From positions 2,080,001 through 2,144,000 of the forward strand of contig OY970223.1 of assembly GCA_963714015.1 (NCBI GenBank): a stretch of 64,000 bases of DNA, read 5' to 3'. This stretch comes from Vulcanimicrobiota bacterium. GTDB lineage: Bacteria; Vulcanimicrobiota; Vulcanimicrobiia; Vulcanimicrobiales; Vulcanimicrobiaceae. The position numbers were made by a program, and so were the translations under genes. Below, in pieces: positions 8,975 to 19,634 of the stretch (within the stretch, counting starts at the first letter, position 1; each line of letters begins with the position of its first letter). A model generated the notes under the pieces. The model was not told the DNA's origin. It searched no databases and worked only from the letters and a program-made list of their open reading frames with translations.

Positions 8975-9122
8975 GTGCCGAAGAAACGCGACGTGCGGCG
9001 AATGCTCCTGGCTGACGATTGGGAACACCAAGCCCGGGAAGGTCACGCTTTCGGGGAAGGATAGTCTTGAGTTACCGGACGGCACTTGGAAGAATATTCG
9101 GCGTCAGGCAGGTTGGAAATGA
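8975..9122 (+). pseudogene. hicA: HicA toxin with internal deletion of the GSH catalytic segment
   Basis: GTG start VPKKRDVRRMLLADDWE joined out of frame to TKPGKVTLSGKDSLELPDGTWKNIRRQAGWK*; ATGA overlap with hicB. Confidence 0.8.
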
Positions 9123-9331
9123 GCAAATACGCGGTGGTTATTGAGAAGTCTAGTAACGGATACGGAGCCTATGTTCCCGACCTTCCGGGTTGCGTCGCCG
9201 TTGCTGAAACCGCGGATGAGGTAGAGGATCTTATTAGGCAGAGCATTGCGCTACATTTGGCCGCCCTACGCCAAGACGGCGATCCCGTTCCGGAGCCCAC
9301 GACGCGTGTTCGCGAATTGGAAGTCGCGTAG
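9119..9331 (+). CDS. hicB: HicB antitoxin
   Basis: MSKYAVVIEKSSNGYGAYVPDLPGCVAVAET...DGDPVPEP. Confidence 0.92.
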   Translation: MSKYAVVIEKSSNGYGAYVPDLPGCVAVAETADEVEDLIRQSIALHLAALRQDGDPVPEPTTRVRELEVA

Positions 9332-9534
9332 CGAAGAAGCGTCGAAAAATCGTTGCACTGCGAGGGATCTCTGCCGACGCGTCCTCGCGCAATTGAATTC
9401 ATGCGTCCGGTGCGCGGCTCGATGGCCGCTAATGTTTGCCGTCCGACGCGATCTAGGCCATTCTTACCAAAGGAGCGCCTCGGAACGCATCTAACCGTAA
9501 TCTAAAGCTTCCTGTTTTGAAGGGGTGGGCATTT

Positions 9535-11580
9535 GTGTTTGCACCGCGTCGTACGATTGTACTCTGCGTTACTTTGGGCGCGCTGGCCCTCCTAGCCGCA
9601 GGATGCTCCCACGCGGTCAGCAGCGCGCTTCCGCCCCGAACTAATTCGGTCAAGCGAGCCTCGATCGTCTATCGAGAAACGCACGCCGTCCCTCCGCGGC
9701 TCGGACAAGGCTCGCACGTAAGCGCGAACGCATCGTATCGCGGCGACGTTACGACGCTGCCGGCGAACTTGGCATTTCCGGCTGGTGTAGCCTATAACCC
9801 CGCAAGCGGTGCGCTTTACTTCATCACCGGTTCCGGCGAATATCAGCTTGTCGAGCTTGCGAAAAACGGCGCCGAAATCGTGCTCGCCTCGCTGCCGTTC
9901 CAGCCGACCGCCCTCGTCTACGACGCTGCAACGAAACTCGTCTACGTAACCTCGCCGTACAATGAATCCGGCTATCAGTACCCGTGCGTCGTCGCCGTCG
10001 ACTCAAGCGGCAATATGACCGTTCTTGCCGGCGGGACCGCAAACGGCCATACGGACGGGCAAGGTTCGGCAGCGACATTTGCGTCGTTAAATGCGATAAC
10101 GATCGACGCGAAAGATGGTGCCCTTTACGTTGCCGACAGCGATCGCATACGTCGTATAACTACTGCGGGCGCCGTTACGACATTTACACCTGCGAACTCC
10201 ATTTCGGCCAACGGCCTGGCATGGAGCAAGGTCGACGGAAACTTCTATGCGACGGATGCGCCGGAGGACGAAATCAAATCAATAACCCCGAACGCGGCTA
10301 TCAAGACGATTGCCGGCCAATGCCTCGGGGGTGGTCCCTCCTCATGTGCCGAGCTTCAGCGCGACGGGGCTGGGAAGAAGGCGCTATTCGCCGGGCCCGA
10401 AGGAATTGCCGTCTCGCCGACTACGGGCGATCTCTATGTCGCCGATTTCGGAAACAACTCGATTCGCGAAGTGACGCCGGCGGGCCTTACGTCGACACTG
10501 GCCGGCAACGGGCTGGCGGCAAACGTCGACGGCGCCGGGCTGAACGCCGAATTCGATGCTCCCTGGGCGTTGACGATGTCCGGCAATACGCTGTACGTCG
10601 CGGACTCCGACTTGAATCTGCAAAAGTCCGCCGTTCGCGAGGTAACGACGACAGGCAGCACGCCGCCTCCGCCCCCAACGCCGATTACGTATTTCGATAC
10701 GGTCACGCCCGGCGCGGAGCCGTTTGCCATCGATTCGCGCTCGACGAACGCGACCACAATGTGGTACAGCGAGTTGACGCGCCGCGTCGCGAGTCTGACT
10801 ACCGCGGGAAAGAGCACCGAATACACGACGACGTCGCAGAAACCGTCTGATACGCCGCAGGATATCGTCCTGGGCAGCGATGGCACTCCATGGTTCTATG
10901 ATGGCGCACAAGGCTTGATTCAGCATCTTGAGGCCAATGGGAGCATTCAAGGATTCAGCCTGCAATTCGAGATTTGCTGCGGTGCGCCGTTATGGCCCGA
11001 TAGCCTGACCTACGGCCCCGACGGAAACGTGTGGCTGATCGACGGCAGCGATATCGATTCCGTTACACCCTCCGGCACGGTTACCCCGGTCAAAGGGCCG
11101 TCGAGCGACTCGAGCACGATCGCTTTCGGGGGAGACGGTACCATATGGCTGTCCGGCAGCGGCTCCGAACTTACGCAAATCGATCGCACCGGCAAGGTCT
11201 TGGCAACGTATAACGTTCCGGTCAATTTCATTACGGAGGCGCCCGACGGGAACATCTTGTTCACGCAAAATGATGCCGTCGGGGAAATCGATATCAAGAC
11301 GCGGCTCGTTACCATCTACCCGATTTACGAGCAACTTCCGGGGTGCCAACCGTCCCAGTGTTCGCGCTACATCGGCACCATCACGACCGGTTCCGACGGC
11401 GCCTGGTGGTTTACGGAAGGCATCGGCTACATCGGCCGTCTCGATCCCAACGGCGGCTTCACGGAATACCAAATTTTGGCGGCTCACGCAAAGCCGTTCG
11501 ATCTCGTCTCGGGTCCGGACGGCAACCTGTGGTTCACGGATACCGGCGCGCAAAAAATCGGCAAGCTGGCGCTGCAGTAA
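9535..11580 (+). CDS. Lipoprotein with NHL-repeat propeller and Vgb (virginiamycin B lyase)-like propeller
   Basis: Lipobox LAAGC; NHL repeats (PEGIAVS..GDLYVADFGNNSIR); Pro linker; Vgb repeats (GPDGNLWFTD). Start 9517 or 9535. Confidence 0.85.
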   Translation: MFAPRRTIVLCVTLGALALLAAGCSHAVSSALPPRTNSVKRASIVYRETHAVPPRLGQGSHVSANASYRGDVTTLPANLAFPAGVAYNPASGALYFITGSGEYQLVELAKNGAEIVLASLPFQPTALVYDAATKLVYVTSPYNESGYQYPCVVAVDSSGNMTVLAGGTANGHTDGQGSAATFASLNAITIDAKDGALYVADSDRIRRITTAGAVTTFTPANSISANGLAWSKVDGNFYATDAPEDEIKSITPNAAIKTIAGQCLGGGPSSCAELQRDGAGKKALFAGPEGIAVSPTTGDLYVADFGNNSIREVTPAGLTSTLAGNGLAANVDGAGLNAEFDAPWALTMSGNTLYVADSDLNLQKSAVREVTTTGSTPPPPPTPITYFDTVTPGAEPFAIDSRSTNATTMWYSELTRRVASLTTAGKSTEYTTTSQKPSDTPQDIVLGSDGTPWFYDGAQGLIQHLEANGSIQGFSLQFEICCGAPLWPDSLTYGPDGNVWLIDGSDIDSVTPSGTVTPVKGPSSDSSTIAFGGDGTIWLSGSGSELTQIDRTGKVLATYNVPVNFITEAPDGNILFTQNDAVGEIDIKTRLVTIYPIYEQLPGCQPSQCSRYIGTITTGSDGAWWFTEGIGYIGRLDPNGGFTEYQILAAHAKPFDLVSGPDGNLWFTDTGAQKIGKLALQ

Positions 11581-11594
11581 GGGAGAAGAAGCTC

Positions 11595-13683
11595 GTGCTA
11601 AGATCGAGTAGCAAGAAGTTTGCGGCAGCGCTGAGTTGCATACTGATTATCGCTCTACAGGGCTGCGCGCAAAAAGTGGGAAGCGGCGTGGTGCCGGCAA
11701 TTAAAGCTCACCAACCGGCGCACGCATCCCTTGCCGTCGTCCGTCACACCGTGCACCTGGACGCGCAGCGGAACGCACTCGGCGGCACGCACGTTGGAGG
11801 GAGCGGATATCGCGGAAACGTGGTTACGCTGCCGCCATCGCTCATAAGCCCCACGGACGTAACCTACGACCCGGACGATGGAAACGTCTATGTCCTTTCA
11901 GAGATCTCCGGGCAAAACGCCTATCAGATTCTAAAGATAACACCGGCCGGCGTGGCGACCACGTTCGCGAAGCTTGGACCACTGGTATACGGCATTGTTT
12001 ACGACCATGCCACGCAGTCGTTTTACGCGACGAGTCCGTACCTGCCGCCCAACGATTATGCGGGCGTCTACGCTATCACGAGTGCGGGTAACGTGTCGAT
12101 TCTTGCGGGAGGCTCGTCGTGGGGCCAGCAAGACGGTCAAGGACAAGCGGCAAGTTTTTTGAACCCGACCGGAATCACACTCGATGGTGCTAATGGGACG
12201 CTGTACTTGGTCGACAGCGATCGAATCCGCGCGGTAACTCCGGGAGGTGCGGTCACGACGTTGACGCAGCCCGGTTCGATCGGCGGTGAAAGCAGTGATG
12301 TCCGAGCCGGCATTGTCTGGAATCCCACAGACGGCAACTTCTACGTGGCCGCCCCGGCTACCGACAGCGTTCAGCGCGTGGCCTCCACAGGAGCGGTGAG
12401 CGTATTGGCCGGGCAGTGCGTGGCCAATCAGAACCAACAGTGCGCGCCTCTGGAGCGTAATGGGCCCGGCACGAAAGCTTTGTTCGCGACGCCGACGGGC
12501 ATCACCGTAACCGCGGCCGGCAACCTTTACGTCGCCGACAGCCAGAACAATGCGATTCGCGAAGTGACGACCGCCGGCATGGTCAGCACATTGGCCGGGA
12601 GCGGAAGAACGGGATCGGTCGACGGCGCCGGCTTGAACGCCGAGTTTAGTGCGCCGACCTCTCTTACAACCGTCGGCGGAAAACTCTACGAACTCGACTC
12701 GTCTTGGAACGGTGGAGCGCTGCGTACGGTCACGACTGCCGGTTCCGCGCCGCCGCCGCCTTCTTCCTTAATCACAATGTACGAAACGGCAACGCCGGGT
12801 GCGCAGCCGTTTGCCATCGATTGGCGGGCTCCGGCGAAAACGCTGTGGTACACCGAGTTGACCGGGCGCATCGCAGCAATCACTCCCGCGGGGCAGAGCA
12901 CGGAATATCAGATAATCCCACATCCGCGGTTTTCTACGCCGACCGATATTGCACTTGACGGCAAGGGCACGCCGTGGTTTTACGATCCGCCCGACGGCGT
13001 TTTGTCGCACCGTTCGGGCGGGGGAAGGGTCACGTCGTACAAGCTCAACTATCAGTACAATCAAGGGCCGCCCTCATTACCCGATTCAGTTGCCTACGGC
13101 CCGGGCAACACGATGTGGCTGACCGAGTTCCAGCTTGCCGATTCCGTATCGTCGGAGGGCGTGCTGAGCAGACTTCACGATAAACGGCTTGTTCGGCGAC
13201 GGAAATCCAATTGCGTTTTCCGGCGACGGTTCGTTGTGGATGTACAACAATGCGTACCCCACTTCACAGATCGTCAAGATGGACACGCACGGTAACGTCC
13301 TCGACACATACGACTTCGCAGTGAAGTTCATTACCGAGGCGCCCGACGGGAACATTCTGTTCACGCAGGCCGATGCAATCGGTAAAATCAACGTCGCCAC
13401 CGGCGTTATCGATTACTATCAGATCTATCAGCCGGTTCCGGGGTGTCAGAGCTACTGCTCGCGCAACATCGGCACAATCACGGTCGGCTCGGACGGCGCA
13501 TATTGGTTCACGGAAAATGCCATCGGCTACATCGGACGCATCGATCCGAACGCGGGTTTTAGCGAATACCCAATCCTCGCGGCGCACGTCAACCCGTTCG
13601 ACATCGTCCCCGGGCCGGACGGCAATGTCTGGTTCACCGATACCGGCGCACAGAAAATCGGAAAGATCAAAGTGAAACTGTAG
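11595..13683 (+). CDS. Tandem paralog NHL+Vgb lipoprotein (frameshift at ~13172)
   Basis: Lipobox ALQGC; colinear with the upstream gene; deleting A13172 gives VLSSFTING and joins the two ORFs. Confidence 0.85.
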
Positions 13684-13886
13684 CAGGCCTCGGCTCCTGA
13701 AGATTCTTGCGCGCCGCAGAATTGATGTTGAGATCATTCAGCGACATGGGAAACGCGGCAAGTTGTGATCGAAGCGCGTGAGCTTTACCGCACTGCGGGG
13801 AGGGGCCTCGATAAAAATCGCTATGAGCCCGTCGGGTCTCCGAGCCGTGCCAAGCCTCTGGCGCCACGATGCGCTAGGATTTGCCC

Positions 13887-14613
13887 GTGACGTGGCTCAT
13901 TATCGCCCTTATCCTCTGGTTCGGCGGCAAGCTTCTCCTCAAGGCGACTGGCGCAGACAAGCCATACTTCCTTTGCCGCAAGTGCGTACGAATTACGCAT
14001 GGAAGCAGCAGTTGCAAGTACTGCGCCGACGCTGTTTCGCTGGTTGAGCAAGACGACCATCTCCACGTGCGCCTCGATTTTGAGTTTTCCGGTGAACGAA
14101 TCAAAATCGTTCAAACACTGGAGATGCTCTCGGCCGAGCTGAAGTGCATTGCGGATGCTTCCGAACTACCCCGGCCTGCGCCGGTTCGCGCAGTAGCCAC
14201 GCCCGATGTGAGGCAAGCACTGCTGCCGCTGATTGCGCAGCTTCTCGGGCCGGCTGGCTACCGTTTTCGAGCAGGCGCAGCAACGGTTCGAGCAATCAAG
14301 CTCGGCGACGGGATCCCCCCAAATGTTCTGCGATGCGTATCGGTATCTCTTGGGGCAGATCGTCGATGCAGAACGAGCGTTTGCGGCGGTCAATATTCCG
14401 CCGAACCTATACGCGACCGCCAAGGCTTTTCATGGTGTTCTTCAGTCAATCCGTGGGCAGCTTGCCGCATGGCCGGCGTCATTGGCGGCAGATGCCGGCG
14501 CGGTCAGGGGACAGGAGTACCATGGAGTTCTGGCCGTATCGTGCGACGTCAGCGCGTTCTATCGCGCATTAAGCGGCGAAGTTGAAATATGCCAGGCGTT
14601 GCGCACGCGATGA
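13887..14613 (+). CDS. Membrane-anchored hypothetical protein with CxxC-CxxC Zn ribbon (frameshift at ~14244)
   Basis: N-terminal hydrophobic helix; CRKC...CKYC; two overlapping ORFs join next to AGCT 14239. Confidence 0.55.
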
Positions 14614-14622
14614 AGTAGCGTT

Positions 14623-14928
14623 CTAGACGCCGGTTGTTTCTCGCAGAGGTTGAATTTCACGTTCGATTTGTTTACGTAGAGTGTTCTTGGCGGAGTCCAA
14701 ATCATAACGCGTTTGGAGCGATAGCCAAATTTCCGGTCCGGTTCCAAAAAAGCGGCTCAGCCGTAGCGCCGTGTCCAGCGTAATCCCGCGCTCACCCTTG
14801 AGGATTGCTCCGACGCGCGTTGCGGGAACGTGAATTTTCATCGCTAGGGCATTGGCGCTCAACTCGAGCGGCATTAGAAAGTCTTCAGAGAGGAGCTCCC
14901 CGGGATGGACGGGGCCAAATGTTTTCAT
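14623..14928 (-). CDS. higA: HigA (VapI) antitoxin
   Basis: PVHPGELLSEDFLMPLELSANALA...GERGITLDTALRLSRFFGT...WLSLQTRYDL. Confidence 0.93.
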   Translation of the reverse strand: MKTFGPVHPGELLSEDFLMPLELSANALAMKIHVPATRVGAILKGERGITLDTALRLSRFFGTGPEIWLSLQTRYDLDSAKNTLRKQIEREIQPLRETTGV

Positions 14929-14972
14929 TATGTGTGCGGTTTCCAGCTAGTTCTAAAGACAACAAAGTCACA

Positions 14973-15143
14973 TCAATGATAGTCAACAATGGTCACGTTG
15001 TAAGCGTCGCCATCCCTCCAAACGAAGCCAATGCGATACGTTTGGTTGATCCGAATCGAGTGTTGTCCAGCTCGATCCCCGGAAAGCTTCTCGAGCTGTA
15101 GGCCAGGGCCTCGCAAAGCGTGCAGCGATGTAATTTCATTCAG
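14973..15143 (-). pseudogene. higB: 5'-truncated HigB toxin
   Basis: Own translation LNEITSLHALRGPGLQLEKLSGDRAGQHSIRINQTYRIGFVWRDGDAYNVTIVDYH*; no in-frame start; begins at the WYL stop codon. Confidence 0.85.
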
Positions 15144-16111
15144 AGAACAGCGTGTTCGTCGTAAAGTCCGACTAAGGCATCCGCGATGCCTCGGGCGCAG
15201 TCAACGGCCTCCGCCGGCGCGACGACCTTGGCATCGATGCCGAAGCCGAGCGCCCAACGCACGACCTCGCCGACGTCGCCGACGATGAATGTCATCGTTG
15301 CCGATCCGTCCGCGTGCGTGTCGATCTCTTGAGCGCGCTGCCATTGGCGTGAGGTTGCCGAAGGGGCGAGCGCGGGCGAAATCCATACGGAAACGCGATG
15401 CTTCTGCGTACCCTGAATAAAACCGAGCACGTCGTCGTTCTGATAGTGCGCAGGGATCGGCTGCGGCGAGAACGAGCCCGCCCGTTTGACGGGCGGTGCG
15501 ATGCTATCGAGCGCGTAGTACTTCCAGTTTCGGGCGGCAGGATCCCGGGCCAGCAGATAGTAGCGGCCGGAGCGTACAATCGCGCACCCCGGCTCGACGC
15601 GCCGCTCTTTGCCCGAGTAGCGAAACGTCACGCGGGCGTTGTTGGCCCAGGCGGACTGCAGTTCGTCAAAGATCTGCGCCACGCGGCTGCCTTGGAGCAG
15701 CGCCGGTTGTAGAAAGCGCAAGAAGCGGCGATCGTCGCGCGACTCTTCGCCTTCAATAGATTGGAGCTGCGCCTGCACCGGCGGTCCCAGGGCACGGCCG
15801 ATGTCCCGAATCAGCGAGCGCAGCGCGCGGCTGCTCTTGTCCAGCGCGGTCGGCCGGCGATCGAAGTCCAAGAGGCGGACGACATCGTGTTCGCTCTTTT
15901 CGGCGATGCGGAAGCCGGCGCGCTCGCCGATCGCGCGCAATTCCTGCAGATCGCGTAAGATGGTGCGCTCCGATGCCTCGTACTCCTCGCACATGCGGCT
16001 CAGACGCACGAACTTGTTGCGCACCAGTTCGAGCAGAATACGGATCTTGCGTTCCGTCGCACCGCTGGGCTCCCCGGACTGACGGCCTTTGCCGCTAATC
16101 GCTTTGGGCAT
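15140..16111 (-). CDS. WYL-domain transcriptional regulator (HTH-WYL-WCX)
   Basis: N-terminal wHTH SERTILRDLQEL; WYL domain VTFRYSGKERRVEP...GRYYLLA...KYYALDSI; WCX VVRWALGFG. Confidence 0.9.
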   Translation of the reverse strand: MPKAISGKGRQSGEPSGATERKIRILLELVRNKFVRLSRMCEEYEASERTILRDLQELRAIGERAGFRIAEKSEHDVVRLLDFDRRPTALDKSSRALRSLIRDIGRALGPPVQAQLQSIEGEESRDDRRFLRFLQPALLQGSRVAQIFDELQSAWANNARVTFRYSGKERRVEPGCAIVRSGRYYLLARDPAARNWKYYALDSIAPPVKRAGSFSPQPIPAHYQNDDVLGFIQGTQKHRVSVWISPALAPSATSRQWQRAQEIDTHADGSATMTFIVGDVGEVVRWALGFGIDAKVVAPAEAVDCARGIADALVGLYDEHAVL

Positions 16112-16191
16112 GCAGCTCTATTCGACGCGAGATGGCGTAATCTTCATCGCAGAGGCCGTCCAGGGCGTACGAAAGCGTACCGGGCCCGGCG

Positions 16192-16371
16192 CTAGTGCCA
16201 CATTCCCACTGCCAGCACGAGCAGCAGCAGGCCGATCAACGTCAAGAGACAGCCGAAGGCATTGCCTTCCGTTGGGCGCTTCACTTGCGGTGCGCGGTTC
16301 TCGTCCTCGTCGCAGAACAGCAGGTCATACATCGGCAAGTTCTTCGGATCGCGCGGATCCAGGGGTTTCAT
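16192..16371 (-). CDS. Small hypothetical protein with C-terminal TM helix
   Basis: MKPLDPRDPKNLPMYDLLF...GCLLTLIGLLLLVLAVGMWH; CATAAT 6 nt upstream of the ATG. Confidence 0.55.
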   Translation of the reverse strand: MKPLDPRDPKNLPMYDLLFCDEDENRAPQVKRPTEGNAFGCLLTLIGLLLLVLAVGMWH

Positions 16372-16575
16372 GCTGGTATTATGCGGGTGCCGCGCGCCAC
16401 GGCTTTGACGCAAAGGGTCAGCATTCTAAGCGGCCTTGAGACGATCTTCACGCATCTCGTTGAGGTTGAAATGCACCAAAAGGATCTGTGCATTGTCACG
16501 CAGTGCATTGATCAACGGCTGCACTTGCGCGCGCGATTCGATTGCCGTTGTCTCGCCGCGACCCAGCGGCGGGCG

Positions 16576-16606
16576 ACGATATTTTGGCGCCGGGAGCGAT
16601 TTTTTG
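16576..16606. promoter_or_regulatory. Paired candidate operator boxes upstream of the peptide operon
   Basis: ACGATATTTTG (16576) and GCGATTTTTTG (16596), 20-bp spacing. Confidence 0.55.
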
Positions 16607-16640
16607 CAGGAGCGCCCAAAGTGACGGCCAAGGAAGCGCC

Positions 16641-18635
16641 GTGGAAAAACATCTGCGTTGCGCCCTCGCGCTGTGCGTATCATTGGCGTTATCGGGCTTG
16701 CCCAATGCCGGCCTGGCGGCGGTCGGTCCGCTAACGCCGCATCCTCGCGCGGTCCAAGCGGTTTCGGTCAACGCCGCTGGACGACACGCTCCGGCGCCGC
16801 TGACGGCTTCGGATTTAGGCCCGTTCATGGACGGGCTTTTCGCGTATGCCATTCAGCGGGCAGGCATACCGGGCGGTGCGATCGTCGTCGTCCGCGACGG
16901 CAGCGTGCTGCTTAGCAAGGGGTACGGATTCTCAGACGTCGCCAAGGGCGCGCCGGTCATTCCGGATCAGACGTTGTTCCGGCCCGGCTCGGTGTCCAAG
17001 CTTTTCACATGGACGGCCGTCATGCAGCAAGTGGAAGCGGGACGGATCGACCTGGACACGGACGTCAATCAGTACCTCGACTTCAAGATTCCGCCCGCGT
17101 TCGGAAAACCGGTGACCATGCGCGACTTAATGACGCACACGCCCGGTTTTGACGAAACGATCCGCGATCTCATCTTCGACAAAACAAGTGAGCTTTATCC
17201 GCTGGGCGACTACTTGAAGAAGCGCATGCCGGCGCGTATTTTCCCGCCTGGGAAGGTGATTGCGTACTCCAATTATGGTGCAACGCTGGCCGGATACATC
17301 GTGCAGCGCGTTTCGGGTGAGCCGTTCGATCAGTACATCGCGCGGCACATCTTCAAGCCGCTTGGGATGAACCATTCGACGTTTGTCCAGCCGTTGCCGC
17401 GTGCAATGGACCGGTTCATGTCGAAAGGCTACGTTGACGGCCCGCAGAAGCCGCCCACGCCGTTCGAACTGATCGAGGCTGCGCCCGCAGGCGCGTTGAC
17501 CACGACGGTTACGGACATGTCGCATTTCATGCTCGCCTATCTGCAGGGCGGCCGGTACGGCGGCGGCAGCATCCTCAAACCGGCGACGATCGACGAAATG
17601 TGGAAGTTGCAGGTTGCGCCGGCGCCGGGCATCATCGGGTTCGATCTGGGTTTCTATCAAGAAAACCGCAACGGTCTGGTGATCGTCGGTCACGGCGGCG
17701 ATACGAACGCGTTTCATAGCGACCTGCATATCATTCCGAGCCGGCATATCGGCTTTTACGTGACGTTCAACAGTCCGGGCAACGCAGGCGCCGTCGAAAA
17801 AGTTCGTACGGAGATCTTCAACTCATTTCTGAACCGGTATTTCCCGTACGTGCCGCCGGCGGAGAAGACCGTCGCGAATCCGGGCCGTGATGCCGCGCGG
17901 GTCGCGGGTTGGTATCAAAGCAGCCGCCGCGATGCGCGCGCGCTTCGCCTCGTGTACGCGCTCGGTCAGAGCAGCGTGAGCGCGTTGCCGAACGGCGAGA
18001 TCGAAGTGAGCGGGCTGACGAACCAGGCCGACACGCCGCTGCGCTGGCGCGAAGTCGGTCCGCTCTATTACCGGCAGACCGATGGGCAGGCGCATCTGCG
18101 GTTCAACACGGATGCGAACGGCCGAGTGATTTCATGGGCGAGCGATCTGTCCAACATGGTTTCGGTCATGCAGCGGGTCAACGGGCTTGAAGCGCTCGGA
18201 ACGCTCAAGCTCATGCTGGCGTTGTTTATTGCGATCCTCGCCATCTCGCTGCTGATTCGTCTCGGTGCGTGGATCGCGCGCCGAAAACTGCACTTGCGAT
18301 TGGAACTGAGTGCGCAAGAACGCTGGGTTCATCTCGCTGCGCGGATCGGTGCAATTGCGTTTCTGGCAACGCTCCTGGGCTGGGTGGCGCTCCTTTCGAA
18401 CGATGCGATCTTGCTTTCGCCTGCCCTCGTTCCGCAGATGATCGTGCTCTACGTCGCAGGCGTGATTGCTATTATCGGAGGCGTTGGAATGATCGCGGAG
18501 ACGGTGCTGCGCGTTTCCAACGGTCCGGGCGGATGGCTCGTACGGTTGGGCGAGATTCTCGTCGGCCTCGCGGCAGTTTACGGCATATGGCTGTTTGCGG
18601 CATTCGGCCTCGTGAACTTCGTGACGAACTTCTGA
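16641..18635 (+). CDS. Serine hydrolase (S12/beta-lactamase class C-like), signal peptide and C-terminal TM helices
   Basis: SVSK, YSN and HGG motifs; GTG start after AAGGA. Confidence 0.9.
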   Translation: MEKHLRCALALCVSLALSGLPNAGLAAVGPLTPHPRAVQAVSVNAAGRHAPAPLTASDLGPFMDGLFAYAIQRAGIPGGAIVVVRDGSVLLSKGYGFSDVAKGAPVIPDQTLFRPGSVSKLFTWTAVMQQVEAGRIDLDTDVNQYLDFKIPPAFGKPVTMRDLMTHTPGFDETIRDLIFDKTSELYPLGDYLKKRMPARIFPPGKVIAYSNYGATLAGYIVQRVSGEPFDQYIARHIFKPLGMNHSTFVQPLPRAMDRFMSKGYVDGPQKPPTPFELIEAAPAGALTTTVTDMSHFMLAYLQGGRYGGGSILKPATIDEMWKLQVAPAPGIIGFDLGFYQENRNGLVIVGHGGDTNAFHSDLHIIPSRHIGFYVTFNSPGNAGAVEKVRTEIFNSFLNRYFPYVPPAEKTVANPGRDAARVAGWYQSSRRDARALRLVYALGQSSVSALPNGEIEVSGLTNQADTPLRWREVGPLYYRQTDGQAHLRFNTDANGRVISWASDLSNMVSVMQRVNGLEALGTLKLMLALFIAILAISLLIRLGAWIARRKLHLRLELSAQERWVHLAARIGAIAFLATLLGWVALLSNDAILLSPALVPQMIVLYVAGVIAIIGGVGMIAETVLRVSNGPGGWLVRLGEILVGLAAVYGIWLFAAFGLVNFVTNF

Positions 18636-18637
18636 CG

Positions 18638-19634
18638 ATGATGACGACGACGCTTTCAACCCGCCTGGAACGTTGGCCGTTCAAATATTCTTTTCGCATA
18701 TCCGGTTACGAGTGGACCGATTCCGAAGTGGCATACGTCGAGATCGGGCGAGACGGCCTGAGCGGTCGCGGAGAGTGCGCGGGGGTGTACTACAAAAACG
18801 ACTCCCCGGAACATTCGCTGGCCGAAGCGGAGCGCGTCAGCGGCGACGTCGCTCGGGGCGTCGACCGGCATGCGCTCCTCACGCTGCTGCCGCCGGGCGG
18901 CGCGCGCAACGGCATCGACTGCGCGCTGTGGGAACTCGAGTCCAAAGAGCAGCAACGCCCGGTTTGGCAACTCGCCGGCGTCCCCGAACCGCGCCCGTTG
19001 CTGTCGACCTATACGATCGGCTCGGACGCACCCGAGAAAATGGCCGAACGCGCGAGAGCATTCCTCGACGCGCGCGCACTGAAACTCAAACTCACCGGAA
19101 CCGCCCGCGACGGCGAGTGCGTTCGAGCCGTACGGGCCGTACGCCCGGACGTGTGGCTCGGCGTGGATGCAAATCAAGGCTTCACGCGCGAGAAGCTTCA
19201 TGGAGCTGATGCCCGTGCTCATCGAGTCGGACGTCAAAGTCATCGAGCAGCCGTTTCCGCTCGATCGCGATGCGGATATGGACGGCTTACGCTCGCCCAT
19301 CCCGGTCGCGGCAGACGAGAGCGCGCAGACCGCCGATGATTTACCGAAACTTGCTGGCCGCTTCGACATCGTCAATATCAAACTCGACAAGTGCGGGGGC
19401 TTGACGGCAGGACTCATAATGGCGAATCGAGCGCGCGAACTCGGGTTCAAGGTCATGATCGGCAATATGAGCGGCACGTCGCTCGCGATGGCGCCGGCCT
19501 TCGTCCTCGGCCAGCTTTGCGACATCGTCGATTTGGACGGGCCATTGCTGCTGACAACCGATCGCGAGCCGTCCGTGCAATATCGCGACGGGCACATTTG
19601 GTGCGATGAAAACGTGTGGGGATGGACGGCATGA
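18638..19634 (+). CDS. Dipeptide epimerase / N-acetyl-D-Glu racemase-like enolase superfamily enzyme (frameshift at ~19193)
   Basis: KLKL, VDANQG, IEQP, AADES, NIKLDKCGG and DLDG motifs. Confidence 0.9.

Noticed and set aside
9535..13683. Long direct DNA similarities as possible DGR template/variable repeats
   Set aside because: Explained by whole-gene paralogy; no reverse transcriptase, and no adenine-specific mismatch pattern seen.
1..16400. Intact prophage, ICE or IS
   Set aside because: No integrase, transposase, structural or conjugation genes or terminal repeats recognised.
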